A DNA stretch of 32,000 nucleotides from Nitrosococcus oceani ATCC 19707 (GTDB taxonomy: Bacteria; Pseudomonadota; Gammaproteobacteria; Nitrosococcales; Nitrosococcaceae), in contig NC_007484.1 in the NCBI RefSeq assembly GCF_000012805.1, forward strand, positions 810,001 to 842,000. The letters run 5' to 3'. The notes below the pieces were generated by a model, which saw only the letters and a list, made by a program, of their open reading frames with translations, had not been told where the DNA came from and did no database searches. This document shows, one piece after another, positions 1 through 8,939 of the stretch. Made by a program: the position numbers and the translations under genes. Each line of letters starts with the position of its first letter. The first letter of the stretch is position 1.

Positions 1-8
1 ATAGGCCC

Positions 9-1610
9 TTGCCGATTCAGACTTACTGGGCAGAGCACGCCAGCGCGGATATCATTAATTTGGCTTCGGAATCCGGTGAGACTTGGACCAAAGTCCAATT
101 TTCCATCGCACCCCAAGGTACGTTGGTGCTTGATACCCTCTATATTGCCTTGCCTTTCGAGGTGACGCTGGATTCATCTCTACCCTTAAACAAGGTGAAG
201 GTGGGGCAGCATTCTCTTCCTCCCAAGGAACATCATTTTGTCCTAAGATGGCGTGATCGTCATGGCGTGGCCTGGACGGAATTGAATGGTGACGAATGGT
301 TGGATGTCTTTATGTCGACCGGCGGTTTGCGGGCAGCCCTTCATCGCTTCCAACAGTCGCAAATTGCTTCCGATGAACTCTTGCTCAGCGACGGAGGCAG
401 CCGCTACCGGGACGTCGCCATTGAACGGGGAATTCAGAAAAGAGACTGCCGGACCTATAAACCCGCCTGGGTGGATATTAACCGAGATAACCGCCTGGAC
501 CTGTATGTAGGTTGCCTGGGTGGTCCCAATCAGCTTTATTTGCAGGATTCAACGGGACAGTTCAGAGAGGTTGCTAAAAAGTACGGCTTAGCGACGAGGC
601 CAGGGGCTCAATTCGTCTGGCTTGACGTGGATCAGGACGGCGATAGTGATTTATTGGCCGATCTCAATGGTGACGGCAACCATCTAAACCCTAACTTTAG
701 TCTGTTCACCGACACCGATAGCCGGGTTGCATTATTCATCAACGATAAGGTGAAGTTTAAACGGAAGCTTATTCCCCGGCCGTTTAAAGGCAGCGTGATG
801 CGGTTTGCCCTGGGGGATTTTGACTCCGATGGGGATCAGGATGTTTACGTCATTACGGCCCGTAAAAAATACCGCCATGAGAGTTTCTTGCTGGTGAATA
901 ATAAGGGAAGGCTGGAACCCAAGGATATGCGGCAATGGGGTCTTCCCAAGGGCTGTCTCTCGGCAAGCTGGGTCGATGTGGATCTGGATGGCAAGCTGGA
1001 TTTTCACTGCTTGCCTAGGGGGATTTTCTATCAAGCCGAAAACGGACATTTTCAAAGTGCTAATGAATGGACCGGTTGGAAGGCGGCCCAGAGAGCAAGA
1101 AATGGTGTAAGCTCTTGGTACGACGCCGATAATGACGGGGCCTGGGATGTATTGATGACCCTAGGTATTCCCCCGGCGGAAGAGTATTTCAAAATCCTTC
1201 GGGAATGGCAACGGCAGCAGGCGGAGAAACAGGGCCAAACACTTAAAGAATGGCGGTTGGCGCGTGAGGATGTGGCCTGGCCATTGCGGCCCATGTGGCA
1301 TTGGTATCATACCCGGCTCTATCAAGGACAGCCGCCTGCAAACCATTGGTTGCAGCTTGAATTGGCGGGTCCAACCGGTAACCGGAATGCCATTGGCGCC
1401 AGAGTGGAACTCTTAACGGATGAGGGTGCCCAGGTTCGCGAGGTGGGTGTTTCAGAGGGCGCCCATTTTTCCCAAGGACATTACCGTCTTTATTTTGGTC
1501 TGGGAAAATCTCCACAAGCTAAGGAGGTAACGATATACTGGCCTGATGGGAAATTGACGACCCACTCCGATCTTAAAGCTGATCAGCTTCTTAAAATCTC
1601 CTATCCCTAA
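9..1610 (+). CDS. FG-GAP/VCBS-repeat protein with C-terminal ASPIC/UnbV-like domain (CRTAC1-like); probably 5'-truncated by the window edge
   Basis: The frame is open back to position 3, with no in-frame stop upstream and no signal peptide visible. Five DxDxDG-type FG-GAP motifs are present: WVDINRDNRLDLYVG, WLDVDQDGDSDLL, LGDFDSDGDQDVYV, WVDVDLDGKLDF and WYDADNDGAWDV. The C-terminus NRNAIGARVEL...GHYRLYFGLG...IYWPDG is typical of ASPIC/UnbV. Confidence 0.8.
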   Translation: MPIQTYWAEHASADIINLASESGETWTKVQFSIAPQGTLVLDTLYIALPFEVTLDSSLPLNKVKVGQHSLPPKEHHFVLRWRDRHGVAWTELNGDEWLDVFMSTGGLRAALHRFQQSQIASDELLLSDGGSRYRDVAIERGIQKRDCRTYKPAWVDINRDNRLDLYVGCLGGPNQLYLQDSTGQFREVAKKYGLATRPGAQFVWLDVDQDGDSDLLADLNGDGNHLNPNFSLFTDTDSRVALFINDKVKFKRKLIPRPFKGSVMRFALGDFDSDGDQDVYVITARKKYRHESFLLVNNKGRLEPKDMRQWGLPKGCLSASWVDVDLDGKLDFHCLPRGIFYQAENGHFQSANEWTGWKAAQRARNGVSSWYDADNDGAWDVLMTLGIPPAEEYFKILREWQRQQAEKQGQTLKEWRLAREDVAWPLRPMWHWYHTRLYQGQPPANHWLQLELAGPTGNRNAIGARVELLTDEGAQVREVGVSEGAHFSQGHYRLYFGLGKSPQAKEVTIYWPDGKLTTHSDLKADQLLKISYP

Positions 1611-1624
1611 TTCAGGATATCAGC

Positions 1625-2545
1625 GTGGAACAATTGACGAAAAAAATATTCCAGCTATGGAATCGTGCGTGGACCAAAATGCCTACCGATACTTACTCCA
1701 TCGAAGGCAAACTTAATCAACTCTTGGAGGAAAACAAGCGGTTGCGGGGAGAGGTAAGAAAGCTGCTGGACACCCGTACTTTTTACCTCGGTAACAACAC
1801 CGCGCTGACCTTCCTTGCTAATGGCTCGAAACTGTATGTGTTTACTGATGATGTGGGTATTGCGCCTCATATCATCAGCACAGGGAGATGGGAGCCCCAT
1901 ATTACCAGGGTTTTTACCAGCCTAATAAAGAAAGGGGATACTGTGCTCGATATTGGCGCGAATCTTGGTTATTTTTCAGTGATTGCTGCTCCGCTCGTTG
2001 GAGAGCAGGGCAGAATCATGGCTTTTGAAGCCAATCCAAAGCTGAGCGCCTTGCTTGAAAAGAGCTTCATGGTGAATGGAATGTTTCGTAATGGGAAGGC
2101 TCAATTATTCAATAAGGGCGTGATGGATCGGGAAGGGGAAATGGTGTTTTGTTTTCCTCCCAATCAAATGGGGGGAGGATCGTTTTTTGTGCCGGAAAAG
2201 AAAGCTAAAAACGATGGAATGGATGAAATTACCGTTCCCGTGGTTGCTCTCGATGAATTCCTTGGTTCTGATTTTACCGCGGATGTAGTTAAGATGGACA
2301 TTGAAGGCTCCGAGCCTTTAGCCTTGAAAGGCATGTCCCAGCTCATACGGCGCTCTAAAAATATCAAAATCATTATTGAATATTCACCCAACCGATTTAA
2401 AAAACATATGTCGCTGGACGGTTTGATTGATATGGTTGAAAGCTTTGGTTTTAATATCTTTAACCTTGAAAATAATGGTGCCCACCCCATTAATCGTCAA
2501 CAACTTTTGTCCTGCGGTTTTACTAATCTTTTGTTGCAGCGTTAA
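1625..2545 (+). CDS. FkbM-family SAM-dependent methyltransferase
   Basis: VLDIGANLGYFSVIAAPLVGEQGRIMAFEANP is the FkbM-type SAM-binding signature. The gene lies 14 nt after the upstream stop. The GTG start at 1625 is uncertain, and ATG at 1679 is an alternative. Confidence 0.8.
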   Translation: MEQLTKKIFQLWNRAWTKMPTDTYSIEGKLNQLLEENKRLRGEVRKLLDTRTFYLGNNTALTFLANGSKLYVFTDDVGIAPHIISTGRWEPHITRVFTSLIKKGDTVLDIGANLGYFSVIAAPLVGEQGRIMAFEANPKLSALLEKSFMVNGMFRNGKAQLFNKGVMDREGEMVFCFPPNQMGGGSFFVPEKKAKNDGMDEITVPVVALDEFLGSDFTADVVKMDIEGSEPLALKGMSQLIRRSKNIKIIIEYSPNRFKKHMSLDGLIDMVESFGFNIFNLENNGAHPINRQQLLSCGFTNLLLQR

Positions 2546-2733
2546 AGGAGCGCAGGGAAGTGCGGCGGCTCCCCCAGCGAGGTCGCGAACGCAGTGGCGC
2601 ATGGGGCGCGAGGGCAGGAGTATTTACGGTTTGCGGTGGGCAAAATTCGCAGTATGATTGAGGGCGTAGCTAGATGATGTTGACACACCACCTAGCCGCT
2701 TGCTATAGGCCCAATAGGTTCAATATTGGGACC

Positions 2734-2903
2734 ATGATCGGGCACGGTTCTACCATTCTACAGTACTCCTATAGATTCAGGCTCTACCCAAGTAGCGCCC
2801 AGCGCCAGCAATTAAATTTGGTCATGCGCGATGGGTATGGAACAAGTACCTGCACTGGCGCACCCATACCTACCGGGAAGAGGGCGGGAAAGTCTCTTCA
2901 TGA
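2734..2903 (+). pseudogene. tnpB: N-terminal relic of an IS200/IS605-family tnpB (OrfB-type RNA-guided nuclease) gene, frameshifted and truncated
   Basis: Frame 1 reads LQYSYRFRLYPSSAQRQQLN. After the AAATTT run near 2814-2819 the homologous reading continues in another frame as KFGHARWVWNKYLHWRTHTYREEGGKVSS*. Together these match the conserved TnpB N-terminus (YxFRLYP...Q...L...FGxxRxVxN). Only about 55 of an expected roughly 400 aa remain. Confidence 0.6.
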
Positions 2904-3215
2904 CAGGGCAGAGCTAGCGCCAATTTGAAGTGCATATACTGTCTGGTCCTATTTCTGTTAAAAGGAAGGAAAATGGGTAGTGGTTGGGTAGGGCAGGGCA
3001 GAGTGAGGGGCCAGTCTACCGAAGGGCTTTTTTTTAAGACTGAGCTTTCATGCGCTTGAAACCTTATCGGTAGCTGAGCTAAGGGGAGATCCCGATAATG
3101 CGGATAAGCGGGGTTTTAGCTGCGGGAAATTTTTCTTAAATAAATAAAATGTTGGATATTATGAATGTGAAATTACAGTATTTTTGTTTCATGAATTTCT
3201 AGTTAGAGAAATAAT

Positions 3216-5909
3216 ATGGAAAATAATGAAACAGAAATTACGCAATCTTCTTTTAATTTAACAAAAAATTTACAGAAGGTATGCGATGTTACTGATTGGT
3301 TTGATAGCAGAATAGACTATATTATTCGAAATAATCTCCGCTCCTATCCTACCTTTCATCGAAAACAGTGGGAGTTTGCTATGCTTTTCTTGGCGCTTTC
3401 AGAAGAAAAAATCTTACATGAAGATGCTATTGGAATTGTATTCGGTGCAGGAGCAGAAAGACTTCTATTTAGTATTTGTGAAAAAGTTAAGAAATTGATT
3501 GCTACGGATCTTTATAGCGCCTCTTCCAATTGGATTGGTGCTAGAACAAGTAATCCTAAACAATTTATTTTAGACCATGCACCATTTCCTATCGATACTG
3601 ATCGACTTGATGCAGCTTATATGGATATGCGCTCGATAGAATACCCTAACGATACATTTGATTTTTGCTACTCTTCTTGTGCATTTGAGCATATTGCCGA
3701 GGATGACGCGGGTTTTCTTGAGCATTTGCTTGAGGTTAACCGTACTCTTAAGGAGGGTGGTGTTTATGCCATGACAACAGAGTTAACCTATAATGATGAG
3801 ACGGTGCGGATACCGAATAACCATCTTTTCGAAATTAATCACCTGCTAGGTTTAATTCAAAGTTCTGGGCTACATGCAAAGCCCGTATTTAATGCCAAAT
3901 TGTCAGAGAATATGCTTAATGAGCCCATGCCTTCTCCAGAGGATTTTGGGTTTAATTATGGCAAGCATTGGATTCCTCACGTGACGCTTCTCAGGCATGG
4001 TCGAATTTTTACATCCTGTATGCTCATCTTGAAAAAGGATAGTAATAGATTACCTGGCTTTCCCGTAATTGAGGGATTGGAGAAAAGCAAGGCGTTTGTT
4101 AGAAGAACATTGAACAAGCAAATTGAGAAAGTATGGAAGGATTGGCAATACATAAGCCCAACCCGGGGGGAAAAAGATAAATCTAATGCCATTATAGGAC
4201 ATGAGAATTTTATAAAAGATTCTCGGACTAAAAATGATTTTGTGTTTCATTCACCCTATTGTCTTTTTGGGGCGGGATCTGTAGAAATAAAGATAGATCT
4301 TTTTGCAGAAGATGGTAGGCAGCTTAATGTTAAGCTAGTTGAATTCAATGTTTATCCTTACGAAAGAGAAATTCTTACTGAAGAGACAGTGGAATTTGAA
4401 CGCGGAAATGGAACTGGAAGTACAATAACACTTCGCTTTATAGCCAACCCAACAAAGACTTATGCTGTTTTAGGGCGTGGTGCAGGTTCTTTTCGCTCTA
4501 TTACCATTCAAGCCAGAAAAAATAAAATTTTTCCATTTAAACCCTTTATGCTTGTCCCTCAAAATCGTTTCTATTTCATCCATATTCCAAAAACGGCGGG
4601 AACAACTCTGATCCCCTTGCTGGATGCCCGGTTTGACGCCGATGAGATTTGCCCGGCGCAGCTATGGCGGGAATTACTCACTTTGCATCAAGAATCTTTG
4701 CCTCGTTACCGCTTTTTCCGGGGGCATTTTGGCGCTGGCGGCTTAAAATCGTTTTTGCCGGAACTGCCATTTTATCTTACTATGTTGCGCCACCCTCTGC
4801 CGCTTACCTTTTCCACCTACAAATTCATATTACGGGAGCCGGGAACTCGGGTTCATCACTTAGTAAAAGAACGCAATATGACTTTTTCTGATTTCCTCGA
4901 TTCTCCGGAAATGAGGAAAAAGGTCAATGATATGCAAGTCCGTCATCTTTCATTTGATCTTCAGCACGATCCCGATACAGGCCCGATTTTTTTATCTGCC
5001 GAGTCCCGATCCGCGGTAGATAAATGGATACAGGATCATGAGGTTGCCATATCCGCCGAGCAGCGTTTGGAGCGGGCCAAAAGGATGCTCCATGCCTGCA
5101 CCTGGTTTGGCTTGGCGGAGCGCTTTGATGAATCCATGGCGCTCCTGAGTTGGACATTTGGTTGGCCGCCCCTGGGGCAGGTACAAAAGCTGCGGGTAGC
5201 GTCGGGCGGGTCAAATATTGACGATTTGCCGGAAGAGGTGCGGGAGAAGGTACTTGCTTGTAATGAATTGGATATAGCCCTGTACCGAGAGGCGGAGCGC
5301 CTTTTTCAGGATCGCCTGGCGGGCATGCTGAGTGATTTGATGCGTTACGCCCAGCCAGGGGAAGTCGTTTCTGGAACGTTTGCTAACAATCCGGCCTTGG
5401 TCAACCAGCTCCTCGACCGCCATTATCGGCATCATCTGGAAGCGCAGCCTTTATTAGCCCAGGAAAGTCTTTATCTTTCCCTCAAAGAGCCTTTATTAGG
5501 GTCTGGATGGCATAGGCGGGAGCGGGCGCCGGCCGATAACTCAACTTTTCGCTGGTCGGGTCCCGCAGCCGAATCTTTTATTGACTTGCCCCTGCAGGGT
5601 GGTCGGGATTGGGTGCTTGAATTCCGGATCGTCCATGCCCTAACACTGGATATCCTGGATAGTTTGCGGGTTACCGCCAATGGCACTCCCCTTGAACTGG
5701 AAATGACGGAGGGAACCAAGGAAACCACGGTAAGACGTTATCGAAGTCTAATTCCTGCCAAGGTTATTGCCAACAAGTCCTCTGGCCCCGTTCGATTAGT
5801 TTTCAAGGTAAACCGGACTCTTTCCCCCCAATCCCTTGATCCGGCCAACCCAGACGAGCGCCAGGTGGGCATTGCCCTCAATTGGATACGGGCCCAGCCC
5901 TTGCTGTAA
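3216..5909 (+). CDS. Bifunctional fusion of a class I SAM methyltransferase module and a Sulfotransfer_2-type sulfotransferase module, each followed by a beta-rich accessory region
   Basis: The N-terminal half carries GIVFGAGAERL...KKLIATDLY and DFCYSSCAFEHI...LKEGGVYAM, a Methyltransf_11-like pattern. The C-terminal half begins FYFIHIPKTAGTTL (5'-PSB motif) and has MLRHPLPLTFSTYKF (3'-PB motif). The C-terminal GWHRRE...FRWSGP...ERQVGIALNWI module is common at the ends of glycan-modifying enzymes. Confidence 0.75.
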   Translation: MENNETEITQSSFNLTKNLQKVCDVTDWFDSRIDYIIRNNLRSYPTFHRKQWEFAMLFLALSEEKILHEDAIGIVFGAGAERLLFSICEKVKKLIATDLYSASSNWIGARTSNPKQFILDHAPFPIDTDRLDAAYMDMRSIEYPNDTFDFCYSSCAFEHIAEDDAGFLEHLLEVNRTLKEGGVYAMTTELTYNDETVRIPNNHLFEINHLLGLIQSSGLHAKPVFNAKLSENMLNEPMPSPEDFGFNYGKHWIPHVTLLRHGRIFTSCMLILKKDSNRLPGFPVIEGLEKSKAFVRRTLNKQIEKVWKDWQYISPTRGEKDKSNAIIGHENFIKDSRTKNDFVFHSPYCLFGAGSVEIKIDLFAEDGRQLNVKLVEFNVYPYEREILTEETVEFERGNGTGSTITLRFIANPTKTYAVLGRGAGSFRSITIQARKNKIFPFKPFMLVPQNRFYFIHIPKTAGTTLIPLLDARFDADEICPAQLWRELLTLHQESLPRYRFFRGHFGAGGLKSFLPELPFYLTMLRHPLPLTFSTYKFILREPGTRVHHLVKERNMTFSDFLDSPEMRKKVNDMQVRHLSFDLQHDPDTGPIFLSAESRSAVDKWIQDHEVAISAEQRLERAKRMLHACTWFGLAERFDESMALLSWTFGWPPLGQVQKLRVASGGSNIDDLPEEVREKVLACNELDIALYREAERLFQDRLAGMLSDLMRYAQPGEVVSGTFANNPALVNQLLDRHYRHHLEAQPLLAQESLYLSLKEPLLGSGWHRRERAPADNSTFRWSGPAAESFIDLPLQGGRDWVLEFRIVHALTLDILDSLRVTANGTPLELEMTEGTKETTVRRYRSLIPAKVIANKSSGPVRLVFKVNRTLSPQSLDPANPDERQVGIALNWIRAQPLL

Positions 5910-5950
5910 AGTAATCAGGCATGAATTAAACTCTGGTTGCGTAGACTTTT

Positions 5951-6970
5951 ATGTCAAGACAAGCTCCTCTTTTTATTACCGCCCGTTTTCGCAGCGGCTC
6001 CACCTTACTATGGCACATTTTTGATCAGGCCAGGGGTTATCATGCCTACTATGAACCTTGCCACGATAATTTGCTGGCCCATATTCGCCATACCTTGCCC
6101 ATGGACTCTCACCAGGGCGTCCAAAGTTACTGGGACGCCTATCAAAATCAGCTACCCCTTATGGAAAGCGGACACCAGCCCGAATTTGGTCTTTCCCGGT
6201 TGTTACTGGAAGCCCATGAATCCTGGGACGAGCTCAAGCACTACCTTCAGTCCCTTGTCCAAGGCGCGGCGCCGGCGATTCCCGTGCTCCAATTTAACCG
6301 GATAGACTTCCGACTGCCCTGGATACGGACCCATTTTCCCCAGGCCAGGATTATCCACCTCCATCGGGATAGCCGCGATTCCTATTTCTCCATGGCTCGG
6401 CATCTGGAGCCGGAAGCAGCGGATAATCCGGAGCAAGGCCATGTATACGATTTGCTGGAATGGTCTGTCGCCTTGGCGGAATGTTTTCCTTTCCTGGCTG
6501 AACCGGGGATTCAATCCCTCTATGAGCGGCACTATTACTTTTGGAAACTAAGTTACCTTATGGGGCGCCGGTGCAGTGATTTATCCTTATCCTATGATGC
6601 AGATTTCCGGGATAATCCTAGTTTAGGTCTGGAAAAATTGTCCCAAGCAGGGTATCTAGATTCTCAGCAAATAGATGATTTGCACCCGCTGATCCAGTCG
6701 CAAGCCTCGGGCCAATGGGCGGAGAGATATTCTGAATCCTGGTTCCAGACCATAGAGGATCGCTGTGAACAAGTTCTTGATGAGCTGGGCCTTAATGCCC
6801 ACTTTGGATTTTTTCCCTTGGTAGAAATAAAAAAGCGGTATGCCGCTTGGAGCCGTTATGAGGGCTTGCCTCTCAATGATCCTGCCCGCGGTCTGTTAAT
6901 GGAATATTCGCGGCAACGCTCCGAGATAACTCGATTGCTATCCTTGGTCCGGAATGCTTCAAAGGACTAG
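5951..6970 (+). CDS. Sulfotransferase-family protein
   Basis: The N-terminal PLFITARFRSGSTLLWHIF is a PAPS 5'-phosphosulfate-binding loop. IIHLHRDSRDSYFS is a 3'-phosphate-binding motif. The gene starts 41 nt after the upstream stop. Confidence 0.75.
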   Translation: MSRQAPLFITARFRSGSTLLWHIFDQARGYHAYYEPCHDNLLAHIRHTLPMDSHQGVQSYWDAYQNQLPLMESGHQPEFGLSRLLLEAHESWDELKHYLQSLVQGAAPAIPVLQFNRIDFRLPWIRTHFPQARIIHLHRDSRDSYFSMARHLEPEAADNPEQGHVYDLLEWSVALAECFPFLAEPGIQSLYERHYYFWKLSYLMGRRCSDLSLSYDADFRDNPSLGLEKLSQAGYLDSQQIDDLHPLIQSQASGQWAERYSESWFQTIEDRCEQVLDELGLNAHFGFFPLVEIKKRYAAWSRYEGLPLNDPARGLLMEYSRQRSEITRLLSLVRNASKD

Positions 6971-6981
6971 CGCAGCCTGCC

Positions 6982-8067
6982 ATGAACCACCCACAATTCA
7001 TTCTGTTGCACGATTTCTTTGAAATTCGAGGAGGAGGCGAGCGGCTGGTGTTGCTTCTATGCCAGGAACTGGGACTGGATATCGGCTTTGGTTTTTGGCA
7101 AGAAACTTCTTATGGGCGGGAGGTGTTGGAGGGTCTCCGGGTTTTTGATCTTGCAGTAAACTCCCGCTTAATTGGATGGCGCACCCTAAAACATATTAAG
7201 GCATTCGAAAACAAGACTTCATTTCTGTCGCGATACCATACCGTCATTTATAGTGGTGTTGTGGCTCCCCTGGCGGTTAGGAATCACCAAAACGGACTTA
7301 ATCTTTTTTATTGTCATACGCCGCCCCGGTTCATCTATGATAAAAAAGCATTTTTCCTCGCCCAAATTCCCTCCTGGCAACGCCCAGCGCTGCAATTTTT
7401 GATTGATTATCTGCAACCTCGCTATGAGGCGGCGGTGGCGGAAATGGATATCATTATCGCCAATTCCGAGAACGTCAAAAACCGTATTCATCATTACCTT
7501 GGCAAGCCTTCTACCGTTATTTATCCTCCTTGTGATGTGGAACGTTTTACCTGGGCTGGGCAGGACGATTACTATCTTTCTACCGCCAGGCTGGATTTCC
7601 TCAAGGGGGTGGATCTCATCATCAAGGCATTCCTCCAGATGAGCGACAAACGATTAATCATTGCCTCCAGTGGTCCTGAGTTTGACCGCCTGAGGCGTCT
7701 TGCCGGGGGGGCGGAAAATATTACTTTCACGGGCCTGGTGGATGAGGATAGGCTGAATCAATTGATAGGCCACTGCATTGCTACCCTTTATGTTCCGAAG
7801 GATGAAGATTTTGGCATGTCTCCGGTGGAATCCATGGCGGCGGGAAAACCTGTGATAGGAGCGGCGGGAGGGGGGCTGTTGGAGACTATTGTTGATGGGG
7901 AAACTGGTCTGTTGGTCGGCCCGGAACCCTCACCGGAAGATATTATCGCAGCGGTACGCGCTCTGACTCCCCGGCGTGCGCTGGAGATGCGGCAGGCGTG
8001 TGAAATGCAGGCGCGGAAATTTGATAAAAAAGTCTTTTTGGAAAAAATGCGCGAGGCCCTAGGGTAG
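6982..8067 (+). CDS. GT4-family (GT-B fold) glycosyltransferase
   Basis: The EX7E motif region EDFGMSPVESMAAGKPVIGAAGGGLLETIVDGETGLLV is present. The gene starts 11 nt after the upstream stop. Confidence 0.85.
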   Translation: MNHPQFILLHDFFEIRGGGERLVLLLCQELGLDIGFGFWQETSYGREVLEGLRVFDLAVNSRLIGWRTLKHIKAFENKTSFLSRYHTVIYSGVVAPLAVRNHQNGLNLFYCHTPPRFIYDKKAFFLAQIPSWQRPALQFLIDYLQPRYEAAVAEMDIIIANSENVKNRIHHYLGKPSTVIYPPCDVERFTWAGQDDYYLSTARLDFLKGVDLIIKAFLQMSDKRLIIASSGPEFDRLRRLAGGAENITFTGLVDEDRLNQLIGHCIATLYVPKDEDFGMSPVESMAAGKPVIGAAGGGLLETIVDGETGLLVGPEPSPEDIIAAVRALTPRRALEMRQACEMQARKFDKKVFLEKMREALG

Positions 8068-8130
8068 GGCGGGAAAGCGCCATAGATAAAGGCTGACTTC
8101 GGCGGGATGCGCGACGCTTTCCCGCCCTAC
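8064..8130. repeat. REP doublet (REPIN-like) with a partly deleted left arm
   Basis: GTAGGGCGGGAAAGCGC (8064-8080), a 20-nt spacer, then GGCGGGATGCGCGACGCTTTCCCGCCCTAC (8101-8130). The outer 16 nt of the two arms are perfectly complementary. The spacer resembles those of the copies at 10080 and 24536. Confidence 0.85.
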
Positions 8131-8169
8131 GTGCTCGGTGTGTGGGATTGTCCAGAAGTTCATGCCGCT

Positions 8170-8307
8170 GATAAAGCGCGTGGAGCGGTCAAAACCCCAA
8201 GGGCCGCGGCCTAGCCGCCGCTCGAGGACTGCTGAGAAATGCGAATTGGTCAGACTAGTCAGGTGAGGATGGATCGAGCCGCAGCTAGCCATGGCGAAAC
8301 TCCAAGT
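8170..8307. repeat. Unclassified non-coding repeat element, copy A (homologous to 21889-22025)
   Basis: Hand alignment is collinear with copy B: 8170-8186 vs 21889-21905 (14/17), 8229-8253 vs 21946-21970 (17/25), and an identical 18-mer CATGGCGAAACTCCAAGT at 8290-8307 vs 22008-22025. Confidence 0.5.
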
Positions 8308-8527
8308 GGTCCAGGCGACTCTGTTTGGTGTGCCCTTAGTGATATAAAGATATGATGAACCATGTTTTCTTTAACCCTAGGGAATAAGTAAGTTTTGAGA
8401 CGGCTGCTTTACATTGGCGTCGCTCTCGGGGAAAATCTCTATAGGTGTATTTGGAACACCTAATAGCAATAAAACTTATAAGGATTTATTTTTTAGTTTC
8501 TTAAGATAAATTGTGGAGGAAGAAAAA

Positions 8528-8866
8528 ATGCTAAAAAAAGCTCTGTTAACAGTAGCTAGCGCGGCTCTGATTTGTTCCTCGGGCTTATTGATGGCCGAGA
8601 GTCATGGTGATGTTGAGGCCGGCAAGGCGTACTATGCCCAGCACGGATGCGCGGCTTGCCACGGGCCGAAAGGGGAGAGCGTTAACCCCGCCATGTTCCC
8701 AAAATTGGCGGGCGATGAGGCTGCTTTCGTCTCTGAGCAACTCCATGCCTTCAAAAGTGGTGAGCGGAAAGGCGAAGGGCCTGGCGCTATTATGAACGCC
8801 AATGCGGCTTCTATGAGTGATGAGGACATCGCTAATGTAGCGGCCTTTATAGGCAGTCTCAAGTAA
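8528..8866 (+). CDS. Periplasmic monoheme class I cytochrome c (c4-half / c-55x-like)
   Basis: GGAGGA lies 7 nt upstream of the ATG. The signal peptide is MLKKALLTVASAALICSSGLLMA. The haem motif is CAACHG. FPKLAGDE...AIMNANAASMSDEDI supplies the axial Met region. Confidence 0.85.
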   Translation: MLKKALLTVASAALICSSGLLMAESHGDVEAGKAYYAQHGCAACHGPKGESVNPAMFPKLAGDEAAFVSEQLHAFKSGERKGEGPGAIMNANAASMSDEDIANVAAFIGSLK

Positions 8867-8897
8867 AAAAATTCGATTTTTCTGATATCAGGAGAGA

Positions 8898-8926
8898 AAC
8901 GCCAGCGAATGCTGGCGTTTTTTTTG
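8898..8926 (+). terminator. Rho-independent terminator after the cytochrome c gene
   Basis: AACGCCAGC-GAAT-GCTGGCGTT is a perfect 9-bp stem followed by a T-run. Confidence 0.75.
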
Positions 8927-8939
8927 CCAAATCATCTTT

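Noticed and set aside
2883-2893. An 11-mer GGGCGGGAAAG identical to the REP core, at the truncation point of the tnpB relic
   Set aside because: It tempted me to invoke a REP insertion truncating tnpB. However, the flanks do not match the REP (no GCGCATCCCGCC), and the bases are explained as codons (EEGGKVS) of the TnpB-like reading.
5937-6305. A 122-aa plus-strand ORF overlapping the start of the second sulfotransferase
   Set aside because: It is an out-of-frame overlap with an ORF that carries clear PAPS-binding motifs. The 5951 frame is the real one.
8059-8292. A 77-aa minus-strand ORF, and the similar ORF at 9903-10154, sharing the peptide HPAEV.L.LY
   Set aside because: The shared peptide is simply the translated REP sequence. 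The ORFs run through REP hairpins and non-coding repeat DNA.
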